A stretch of DNA of 25,738 bases. Origin: a virus. Its lineage: Duplodnaviria > Caudoviricetes. The translations under genes were made by a program, and so were the position numbers. The stretch covers positions 1-25,738 of the IMG/VR virus record IMGVR_UViG_3300033067_001050; one strand, given 5' to 3'. Shown one piece after another: positions 18,501 to 25,738 of the stretch. The notes beneath the pieces were generated by a model. The model was given only the letters and a program-made list of their open reading frames with translations, did not search any database and was not told where the DNA came from. The stretch's first letter is position 1, and the number at the start of each line of letters is the position of its first letter.

Positions 18501-18503
18501 GCC

Positions 18504-21500
18504 ATGCCGCGACGCGTATCGGGCAACGGCGGCGGGGGCGGACCCGCGGCGCGCAGCGTTTCGGCGAGCGGCCCGGGGGCGGTCTACGCCGTCGCGCGGC
18601 TGCTGGGCGGCAGTTCCACACTCGCCCTGGTGGCGGCGGGAACGCATGCCAACCTGACGCTGGCCGGCGTCAATATCACCGCCGGCGCGGCGATTATTGC
18701 CGGACAATCGCAGACGGCCGTGATCCGCGAGAGCGTGGGGCAGCTGGCCGTCGAGTATCCGGTGACGATCGTTGGCACGGGGGCGGCGGCGACATTGTCG
18801 GCGCTGACGCTCGCGGCTTCGTCGATCGTGGAGAACAGCGCGGCGGGGACGGCGGTCGGCGGTATCCTGGGCAAGACGGCGGGATCCACGCTGAGCCTGT
18901 TGAACGACGCGGGTGGTCGCTTCGCGATTTCGGGCACCACGCTGGTCGCGGGGGCGACGGGCACGGACTACGAGTCTGCGGCGTCGCACGCGATCACGAT
19001 CCGCGAGACGCTGGCCGGGGCGACGAACACGCCGCGCGATACAACGTTGACGATCACCGTTGTCAACCAATTCGAAGCGCCGAACCTTGGCGCGCTTTCG
19101 CTATCAGCAACAACGTTCAATGTCGGCACACCGTCTAACGGTTCGATCACCGGTGCAACTGCCGGTTCAACGATCGTCGCGAGCAACTTGCCCGCCGGGT
19201 TGACCGTCAACGGTGCGGCTCGGACGTGGGCTTGGGATGGCACCGGCAGTATTTCAACACCGACGATCACACTGACCGAAACGTTGGCAGATAGCGCCAA
19301 TTCACCGCGCGCCAGTAACGTTGCGTTGACGATCACCGCCGTTCCGTCGATCTTGTCGGCTTCGACGCGTGCCGCAATCCTTACGTTGGGTGCCGTTCAA
19401 GCGACAACCGGTTGGCTTTCGTATCGTTGCGGTCATCGCACCAATGTCGCCGGTTCAAACATGCGGTTGCATTATGCCGCCGGTTTCGTGTCGAGTGCGG
19501 GCAATTCATCTGATTTGATCGGCACACAACCGGTCACAATTCGCGCGGCGGTGATCATCAATCCAACCGGAACGGGTTTGGATCAAACCGGCGGCACGCT
19601 TATTCAATGCACATTCTTTGATATGCTTAGTGACTCGTCATTTACCGGCACCGTTTCGGGTGATGGTAAAAAGGTTACGATTCCAGCGGGTAAAACGGCT
19701 TATACCGACAAGGTTGCAGCAACGTTAACCGCCGGTTCGCGTTGGTTGGAACAAGTCGAAATCGGCTATGTCAACGGAACGAGCGTCGGCAACGATTCGA
19801 TCGTCACAACGGCGGGTGATTACGGCGTCACGTCGGCGACTGATCCGGCTGGAGCGTCGATCTATTCGAAAAACCCTGCCGGTATGAATCAAGGCGGCGG
19901 CACGGTTTCCGGTGCGTTCGCTGTTACGATCGAAGGTGCGCCCGGCGCTAAAGCCGTCCTTGTTCATGGTGATAGCATTTTGTGGGGCACGGCTGGCAGC
20001 GGTGCGACGATGGAACCGGTCAACGCCGATGGTGTTCGTTCCGGCTTGTTGCGCGCTCTTGCGGACCTTGGTTACAGCGTGTTTGCCGCGCCTGTTCCAT
20101 CGTCGCAGTTGTACAACCTTGCGACGGTTGCCGCCAACCAACCGTTCCGTAAGCGTATCAGCGAAATCGGAACGATCGGCGCAACAATTTCCAACCTTGG
20201 CACCAATGATCGAGCAACCGGCGGGCCGTGGTCAAACGTATCGAGCAATTTCCAATGGTTTTGGGATTGGATCAAAACCCTCACCGGCGGCGCTCGGTTC
20301 ATTCAATGCACGCTATCGCCGCGCACAACGTCAACCGACGGTTACATTACAGAAGCCAACCAAACCGATCAACTCGGCGGTTCGCATTGGTGCGTCACAA
20401 CGCTTAATCCGTCCTTGCGTCAACAGAATTTCGGCGCGTTGGGTAGTGGCACGCAAAAACCCGATGGATTTTATGATTTCGCATTGGCGCTTGAAGCGAC
20501 CGCTAAACCGCGTGTGTTCAAACCTAATCTAACCGTTGACGGTTTGCACCCCTCGCAGTCGCCGGGCGGGCACAAAGCCGTTTATGATGATGCGATCGCG
20601 AACCTTCCGAACATTATCGGTTTCCATCCTGCTACGGGTGCCCCGACGCCGATTGTTTACACGCCTGAAATTTCGATTACCGCAAGCGCCGCTCAAATCG
20701 AGGGCAACAGCGGTGTTAAGGCGTTCCCGTTCACGGTTTACGCTTATCCCGCGCCCGCAACTGACTTGGCGGTCAATCTCCAATTCAACCAAGGATCGAC
20801 GGACGCCGCTGATTTCCAAGGTGGCGCTTTGCCAACCGTCAACAGTGCAACCATTCTTGCCGGTCAAAACACGGCAACAGTAAACATCATGGTTGCCGGT
20901 GACACAACCGCCGAAAGTGATGAACCGTTCGGGTTAACGGTGTTGACCGGGGCTGGTTATCGACTCGCGCCCGCGTCGGTAGCGACAACCGTGATCCAAA
21001 ACGATGACGCTAACGGCGGTATTGTGTTCCAAAGCGATTTCACCGGAACAACCGGCACGCTGTTGACCGATGCACCGAATTATATGAGTTTGTCAGCATT
21101 GAACAACGCACCGACGTTTGCTGATCAAACCAATTATCAAATCGACGGCAACAACGCTTATGCCGCTTCGCGGTGGAGCCTTACCGGTTACAATTACGGG
21201 CACGTTGTGCGCGATGCTGCCGCCGCAAATCATTCGGTCAAGTTTGATCTAGTTAATTCGCTTTGGGACTTTTTGCCGGTGTTCGGTGAAGTTGACGGCA
21301 ACAATTTCTTGTTCATGCAAGTTTTGTATGGTTCAAACAGCAATCCCGGATTCTCGCTTTGCAAGATGCAAGGCGGGGTTGTCACCAATCTTATCGTGAA
21401 TACTTATTGGTATGTTCCGGCGGCGACCGTAAGCCTTGAAATTCAATTCAGCGGAAACGCGATCAAGGTTTTTGCCGATGGTGTGCAGTATGTAAACCAA

Positions 21501-21650
21501 CCGTTCGCGGCAACTCCGACGCCACAAACGGGCACAACGTCGGTTGCGGTGCCCGGCACGGTCAATTTCAGCGGTGGCACCAAGGCGGGCTTTTACGCAC
21601 AAGCGGCAAGCGCCGGTAAGGCCGATAATCTGTTGATCAAACAGATTTGA
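18504..21650 (+). CDS. Putative head fibre/adhesin: cadherin/Ig-like repeats + SGNH hydrolase + Calx-beta + C-terminal beta-sandwich
   Basis: Cadherin-like IVENSAAGTAVG...DYESAASHAITIRET (about 18795-19076). SGNH blocks HGDSILWG (about 19965), LGTND and DGLHP (about 20538). Calx-beta EGNSG...VAGDTTAESDEPF...IQNDD (20664-21008). Starts 3 nt after the spike base gene. Confidence 0.85.
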   Translation: MPRRVSGNGGGGGPAARSVSASGPGAVYAVARLLGGSSTLALVAAGTHANLTLAGVNITAGAAIIAGQSQTAVIRESVGQLAVEYPVTIVGTGAAATLSALTLAASSIVENSAAGTAVGGILGKTAGSTLSLLNDAGGRFAISGTTLVAGATGTDYESAASHAITIRETLAGATNTPRDTTLTITVVNQFEAPNLGALSLSATTFNVGTPSNGSITGATAGSTIVASNLPAGLTVNGAARTWAWDGTGSISTPTITLTETLADSANSPRASNVALTITAVPSILSASTRAAILTLGAVQATTGWLSYRCGHRTNVAGSNMRLHYAAGFVSSAGNSSDLIGTQPVTIRAAVIINPTGTGLDQTGGTLIQCTFFDMLSDSSFTGTVSGDGKKVTIPAGKTAYTDKVAATLTAGSRWLEQVEIGYVNGTSVGNDSIVTTAGDYGVTSATDPAGASIYSKNPAGMNQGGGTVSGAFAVTIEGAPGAKAVLVHGDSILWGTAGSGATMEPVNADGVRSGLLRALADLGYSVFAAPVPSSQLYNLATVAANQPFRKRISEIGTIGATISNLGTNDRATGGPWSNVSSNFQWFWDWIKTLTGGARFIQCTLSPRTTSTDGYITEANQTDQLGGSHWCVTTLNPSLRQQNFGALGSGTQKPDGFYDFALALEATAKPRVFKPNLTVDGLHPSQSPGGHKAVYDDAIANLPNIIGFHPATGAPTPIVYTPEISITASAAQIEGNSGVKAFPFTVYAYPAPATDLAVNLQFNQGSTDAADFQGGALPTVNSATILAGQNTATVNIMVAGDTTAESDEPFGLTVLTGAGYRLAPASVATTVIQNDDANGGIVFQSDFTGTTGTLLTDAPNYMSLSALNNAPTFADQTNYQIDGNNAYAASRWSLTGYNYGHVVRDAAAANHSVKFDLVNSLWDFLPVFGEVDGNNFLFMQVLYGSNSNPGFSLCKMQGGVVTNLIVNTYWYVPAATVSLEIQFSGNAIKVFADGVQYVNQPFAATPTPQTGTTSVAVPGTVNFSGGTKAGFYAQAASAGKADNLLIKQI

Positions 21651-21746
21651 TGAGAGATACCGACGCGCCAGCGGTTTCAACTGGCGCACAACCCTTGCCG
21701 TCCGTTCGGATGATGGCGGCGCATGATGCCATTCTGGAGATATGGG

Positions 21747-22346
21747 ATGACGCCCGATCAATCCCGCCGTCTGCAAGCCGCGCTCGGCGTAGTGGCGGAC
21801 GGCATAATCGGTGCGAACACGCTGCGCGCGCTGTTCGCCCGGTTCGGGGCGAATCCCTCGCTGGCCGGGCCACTGGGGCGCGCCGGTGCCCGGGACATGC
21901 TGGAAGCCGGCATATTGGAGACACCGCTGAGGCTGGCGCATTTCGTCGCGCAGGCGGCGCACGAGACCGGAGGGTTCCGCCTGATGCGCGAGCTGTGGGG
22001 CCCGACGCCGGCGCAGCGCGGTTACGAGGGGCGACGCGACCTGGGCAATACCCAGGCTGGTGACGGGTTTCGTTATCGTGGCCGGGGCATATTTCAGCTG
22101 ACCGGCCGTGCCAACTATCGCGACATCGGCGACGCGCTCGGCCTGCCGCTGGAAGCGCAACCCGAGCTGGCGGAGCAGCCGGGCCCCGCGATGGCGACGG
22201 CGTGCCGGTTCTGGACCACGCGCAGGCTGAACGCGCTGGCGGACGCCGACGACGTGCGCGGCGTGACCCGGCGGATCAACGGTGGATTCAACGGGCTGGC
22301 CGAGCGGATCGCGCTGCTGGCGAAGGCGAAGGGGCTGATGGCATGA
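21747..22346 (+). CDS. Endolysin, glycoside hydrolase family 19, with a short N-terminal peptidoglycan-binding-like segment
   Basis: LAHFVAQAAHETGGF, YRGRGIFQLTGRANY and TRRINGGFNGLAER; N-terminal LQAALGVVADGIIGANT. GGAG RBS before ATG 21747 (ATG 21723 is an alternative start). Confidence 0.93.
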   Translation: MTPDQSRRLQAALGVVADGIIGANTLRALFARFGANPSLAGPLGRAGARDMLEAGILETPLRLAHFVAQAAHETGGFRLMRELWGPTPAQRGYEGRRDLGNTQAGDGFRYRGRGIFQLTGRANYRDIGDALGLPLEAQPELAEQPGPAMATACRFWTTRRLNALADADDVRGVTRRINGGFNGLAERIALLAKAKGLMA

Positions 22347-22657
22347 GCAAGGCTCATATCCAGTTCGCCGGCCTGCTCGCGCTGTCGATGCTGGCGGCGG
22401 CGCTGCTGTTCCTCATCGGCTACACGTTCGACAAGGCGCTGGCGCACGTCACGCCGGAGGGCAAGGTGCCGATCCTCGATGCCGGTCTGATCACCGCGCT
22501 GCTACTCGCCTTCCAGCAGACCGTGACGACGATGCGATCGATCTGGGAATCGCAGGAACGATCGGCGCTGGCGGAGGGGTTGTCGAATTCAATGCCGACG
22601 GCCTCGCCCAATCCGCCGGCCGACCCGCTGCCGACCTCGGAAGGAAACACGCCATGA
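22343..22657 (+). CDS. Putative holin (two TM segments)
   Basis: ATGA overlap with the endolysin stop; two hydrophobic segments (FAGLLALSMLAAALLFLIGY and ILDAGLITALLLAF); lies between endolysin and spanin. Confidence 0.65.
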   Translation: MSKAHIQFAGLLALSMLAAALLFLIGYTFDKALAHVTPEGKVPILDAGLITALLLAFQQTVTTMRSIWESQERSALAEGLSNSMPTASPNPPADPLPTSEGNTP

Positions 22658-23157
22658 TCCTCGCCCTGCGCAACTGGCGCACCGTCGTCTCGCTGCTGTC
22701 GATCGGCGCGCTGGCCGTCCTGCTCATCTTCGCCAGGATCGATGCCAAGCGCTGGCGGAAGCACTTCGACCAGGAAGCCGCGCTGCACCAGCGCGATCTC
22801 GCCACGGTTCAGGCCGCAGCCGAGAAGGCCCGTGCCGACGATCTCTCCCACGCCGCGCTGGTGAAGGCCCGCGACGACGCCACAGCAAAGGAAATGAACG
22901 ATGCGCTATCGACCCGCCTTGCCGATGCTCGCCGCACTGCCGATGCTTATGCTGCCGGGTTGCGCGAGGCACGCCATCGAGCCGATCAGGGTAGCGCCGG
23001 TGGAGCGTATCTGCCCGCCGTTGCCGATGCCGCCGGCAAGCCTGTTGGCCCCGGTGAGGAAACCCAGCTGGATGACGCCCGGTTCTGTGCCGAAAACACC
23101 GTGAAAGCGGAGGGTTGGCGCGAGTGGTGGAACAAGGTTAGCGCCGCGCCGCGTTAG
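22654..23157 (+). CDS. Inner-membrane spanin (Rz-like)
   Basis: Single N-terminal TM (VVSLLSIGALAVLLIFA), Ala-rich coiled coil, C-terminal Cys and W..W; last gene of the lysis cassette. Confidence 0.8.
   Translation: MILALRNWRTVVSLLSIGALAVLLIFARIDAKRWRKHFDQEAALHQRDLATVQAAAEKARADDLSHAALVKARDDATAKEMNDALSTRLADARRTADAYAAGLREARHRADQGSAGGAYLPAVADAAGKPVGPGEETQLDDARFCAENTVKAEGWREWWNKVSAAPR
22901..23104 (+). CDS. Outer-membrane spanin lipoprotein (Rz1-like), fully embedded in the i-spanin gene
   Basis: +1 frame relative to Rz. Signal peptide MRYRPALPMLAALPMLMLPG-C with a lipobox-like LPGC, Pro-rich mature part with a second Cys, and AAGGA upstream. Confidence 0.75.
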   Translation: MRYRPALPMLAALPMLMLPGCARHAIEPIRVAPVERICPPLPMPPASLLAPVRKPSWMTPGSVPKTP

Positions 23158-24788
23158 CCGCTAACGATCGGCCAAGGCGGTAGCTTCATCGCCAGCGCCG
23201 AGCAAGCGAGCGCGATCGACAGCGGGCGGCGGGCATCACGGCCCGCGCTGTTGCGGTTGCGGGGCCCGCCGTTGGCCTGTTCGAGATGGGCGGCGACGAC
23301 GGCCGACTTGCCGCTTTCCGCCATTACTGTCGGGTGCGGGCGGCGCGCGTCGCGGTTGTTCGTCCCCTGCGTGTAGAAGCTCGACAGGAATGCGGTCACC
23401 GCCGCCGCCTGCGATCCCTTGGCGGTGACGGTGCCGAGCGGCCTGACCGGATCGAGCGCGCGCGGCTGCTGGCCGTCTCGCTCGCCGTTGCCCATCTTGA
23501 CCAGCGTCGCACCGGCGATGCCCAGCGGACAGGCCCCGGCGGGCCGCGCGGGCTCGCCATTGGCGGTGACGGTCGGCATCGGGTCGCCCATGTCAGACCC
23601 GGTCGATCCGGTACGGAACTTGGTGACGTGCGGGGCAGCGACCCAAAGGTCGCCGCCCCGATCCGCATCATTGCGATCGCAATGCGGATTCAGTCCACCA
23701 AGCCTCGACCTGCCGGCCGTCGCCTGCGCGGTAGCGGACGAGGTACGAGGGCTCGGATGTAGCGTATTCTGCGCGCCCGATGATCTCACCTTCTTCGTCA
23801 GAATGCCGAAGGAAGGCGAGCTGTCCGATTTCAAATTCCATGCTTCATAACTCCCGCTGCTGAGGATCTCCTGACGAGAATGCGCAGCATCATTCCCGCA
23901 GAATGCCAGTTCGACATCGGCGACGCCGTATTCCGGCTGCGTCGTGATCGTGCGCAGCGGATCCTCACAATCGAACACGCCCGCCGCCCGGGTGTTGGTG
24001 AAGGCGGTGCCGACAATGAACGGCTGCGCGGCGTTGACGACGTAGCGCATGACGCCGTGCGCGATCCGGCGCAGCGTCGCCTCGGCCAGCGGGCGCTGGC
24101 GATCGAAGATCGACGGGCACGGAATGCTCCAATCGATGCACTCGGCGGCGGCGCGGTAAGGCAGCAGCTTGCCGCGTCGGACGCCGGGCGACCCTGGCGC
24201 GCCGTGCGTGGGTTTCGGCCAGCGGATCGGCAGGCCGTCGCGGCGCATCACCATGTAGAGGCGCTTGCGGCTGGTCGGCGCGCCATAGTCGCAGGCGCGC
24301 AGCACCCGCCACTGCACCCGATAGCCGAGCGAACGGATAGCGCGGACGAAGCGGCGGAACTCGCGGCCCTCCTGTCCGCGGATCGGGACGCCGTCGCTGT
24401 CGAGCGGGGCGGCGTATTCGAACTCCTCGACGTTCTCGAGATAGCCGACCGTGGGCTGCACCTCCTCGAGCCAGTGGACCACTTCCCAGCACAGCGCGCG
24501 GATCGAGCGGTCCTTCACCGGCCCGCCCTTCGCCTTGCTGAATTCCTTGCAGTCGGGGGAGAACCAGGCACCGGCGACGGGTTGCATCCGCGTCGCGGCC
24601 TTGGGCCACAGCGCCTTGATGTCCTGGCAGAAGTGCGTCGCGGTCGGGTGGTTCGCGCGGTGGATCGCGATCGCGGTCTCGCTGTGGTTGACGGCGATGT
24701 CGACGTCGCGGCCGATTGCCTGGGCGATGCCGGTCGAAGCGCCGCCGCCGCCCGCGAAGCCGTCGATGAAGAGGCCCTGGAACTTCAT
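23154..24788 (-). pseudogene. Phage C5 DNA cytosine methyltransferase, apparently C-terminally truncated and fused
   Basis: ATG 24788 overlaps the upstream stop. Motif I FAGGGG, IV SPDC, VI ENV, VIII YGAPTSRKR, and repeated PLxTVT units. No motif IX/X (RMLxxRE..QGFP..GNSV) is present, and the frame ends in unrelated IALACSALAMKLPPWPIVSG. Confidence 0.8.
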
Positions 24789-25243
24789 GCCGCCCTCGCC
24801 TGCCGGTCTTCGCGTTGTCGGCGCAGCGCTTGGTTGAAATCGTGGACGCGGACGATGTGCGGGAGTTGGCCGGGGTGGCCCTGTGGCTGCTGGTGCCAGT
24901 GGAGCGCGGCGACGGCGTCGGCGAAGTCGCGCAGGGGGCGACTGTCGGGACTGGCGGCGGCGCGCGCCTCGGCGCGGGTCAACGCGGCGGCGAGATCGGT
25001 GCGCAGTTCGGCCCAGCTCGCGCCGAGGCTGGCCAGCGGATCGTCGATGTCGAACGGGGTCCGGTCGACGACGTGGCGCCACTGGGCGACGAGGGCCGCC
25101 GCGCGGCGGGTTCGGTCCGTCGCCTCGGCCACGGTAAGCCTCCCGCCGGCCACCGCTTTCGGATCGCCGCTGGCGCGCAGGGCCTGCAGTTCGATCGCGG
25201 TGGCGAGCAGGTCTTCCCACTGGTGGAGGAAGCGGAGCGTCAT
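24785..25243 (-). CDS. Hypothetical phage protein
   Basis: ATG 25243 (MTLRFLHQWEDLLA) with ATGA overlaps to both neighbours; 152 aa, helical. Confidence 0.75.
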   Translation of the reverse strand: MTLRFLHQWEDLLATAIELQALRASGDPKAVAGGRLTVAEATDRTRRAAALVAQWRHVVDRTPFDIDDPLASLGASWAELRTDLAAALTRAEARAAASPDSRPLRDFADAVAALHWHQQPQGHPGQLPHIVRVHDFNQALRRQREDRQARAA

Positions 25244-25590
25244 GCCGTCCCCGCCATGGAAAGTAGCACGTCGGCATGACACCAGGGCGATGTTGCCGGG
25301 CACCAGCATTGGAGGTCTCGTGCGCGAAGCGCGGGCAATCGATCCATGACCGCCCGCCTGCGCCTGTCCAGCGCGGCGATCTCAGCGTTGCTGAAACCTG
25401 CCCTGCGGAGGATATACGCGTTCAGGTCGCCCGCGAGCCAGGCCCGGAACAGGATGACGCTGCGGCGATGACCGATCTTTGTTCTGCCGGAAAATGGGTT
25501 CGCCCAGATCGTCGGGCGACCGACGTAGACCGCGCCCGCGGGCGTGAAGTTTCGCGCCTTGCGCGTTCGATGAAGTCGCTGTGCCATCAC
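25240..25590 (-). CDS. DUF4326-like protein
   Basis: GAVYVGRPTIWANPF and LRARDLQCWC...CHADVLL signature. Start is GTG 25590 or ATG 25587. Confidence 0.88.
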   Translation of the reverse strand: MMAQRLHRTRKARNFTPAGAVYVGRPTIWANPFSGRTKIGHRRSVILFRAWLAGDLNAYILRRAGFSNAEIAALDRRRRAVMDRLPALRARDLQCWCPATSPWCHADVLLSMAGTA

Positions 25591-25616
25591 GTGATTTCCA
25601 GTCCGCGAAGCGGGTT

Positions 25617-25643
25617 GATCGGCGGGGCCTGGCCCCGCCGATC
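25617..25643. terminator. Perfect 13-bp inverted repeat (hairpin) downstream of the Gly-rich gene
   Basis: GATCGGCGGGGCC-T-GGCCCCGCCGATC in the intergenic gap; no clear U-tract. Confidence 0.5.
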
Positions 25644-25662
25644 CAGAGGCGGTCCGGTTCGA

Positions 25663-25738
25663 TCAGCCGGAGCCGGAGCCGTCGCCGTAGCCGTAGCCGG
25701 AGCCGGAGCCGTAGCCGGAGCCGGAGCCGTAGCCGGAG
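25663..25738 (-). CDS. 3' end of a Gly-rich (GS/GY/GD)n repeat protein (partial)
   Basis: Minus strand reads SGYGSGSGYGSGSGYGYGDGSGSG-TGA, built from hexanucleotide units GGCTCC/GGCTAC/GGCGAC. It runs off the window end. Confidence 0.7.
   Translation of the reverse strand, partial: SGYGSGSGYGSGSGYGYGDGSGSG

Larger units (their letters stand above)
1..25738. mobile_element. Temperate siphovirus genome/prophage segment (packaging, head, tail, lysis, and part of the early region)
   Basis: Contiguous terminase-portal-protease-capsid-neck-tail-lysis gene order with many ATGA/TGATG overlaps, followed by convergent phage early-type genes. No host genes or att sites are recognisable in the window. 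Confidence 0.97.

Noticed and set aside
12890-21650. Diversity-generating retroelement or invertible tail-fibre cassette
   Set aside because: No reverse transcriptase, invertase, template/variable repeat pair or inverted crossover sites were seen in the window.
21665-21687. 7-bp inverted repeat GCGCCAG/CTGGCGC after the fibre gene
   Set aside because: The stem is short with a 9-nt loop and no U-tract, too weak to call a terminator.
1-23157. Interpretation as a gene transfer agent cluster
   Set aside because: Despite GTA-like chaperone and spike-base genes, the 850-aa tape measure, linked full lysis cassette and adjacent phage early genes fit a genuine phage better than an RcGTA-type cluster.
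24789-25277. Apparent 160-aa N-terminal extension on the methyltransferase
   Set aside because: It is a low-complexity shadow of the upstream gene. Motif I begins right after ATG 24788, which has a GAGGG RBS and an ATGA overlap.
25663-25738. CRISPR-like array
   Set aside because: These are simple 6-nt coding repeats with no unique spacers.

Overview
The whole window is temperate-siphovirus (HK97/lambdoid-type) DNA with high GC. The host is probably an alphaproteobacterium, possibly a sphingomonad; this is inferred from GTA-like tail-chaperone and spike-base genes. The + strand (1-23157) carries a tightly coupled late operon: small and large terminase, portal, prohead protease, major capsid, neck and tail-completion genes, tail tube, tail assembly chaperone with a likely -1 frameshift, tape measure, tail-tip genes, a 1322-aa tail-tip/host-specificity protein, an RcGTA-like head-spike base followed by a 1048-aa mosaic fibre with an SGNH esterase, and a lysis cassette (GH19 endolysin, holin candidate, i-spanin, embedded o-spanin). 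The - strand (23154-25738) carries convergent early-type genes: a C5 cytosine methyltransferase that appears C-terminally truncated and fused to an unrelated gene remnant, a hypothetical gene, a DUF4326-like gene and the end of a Gly-rich repeat gene. The most notable signals are (i) a probable capsid-displayed enzymatic head fibre whose distal ~85% is a lower-GC swapped-in module, (ii) an apparent deletion junction joining the methyltransferase to the lysis cassette, with no integrase in between, and (iii) an in-frame insert in the methyltransferase that looks protein-coding on the opposite strand. All family assignments come from motif recognition by eye; no searches were run.
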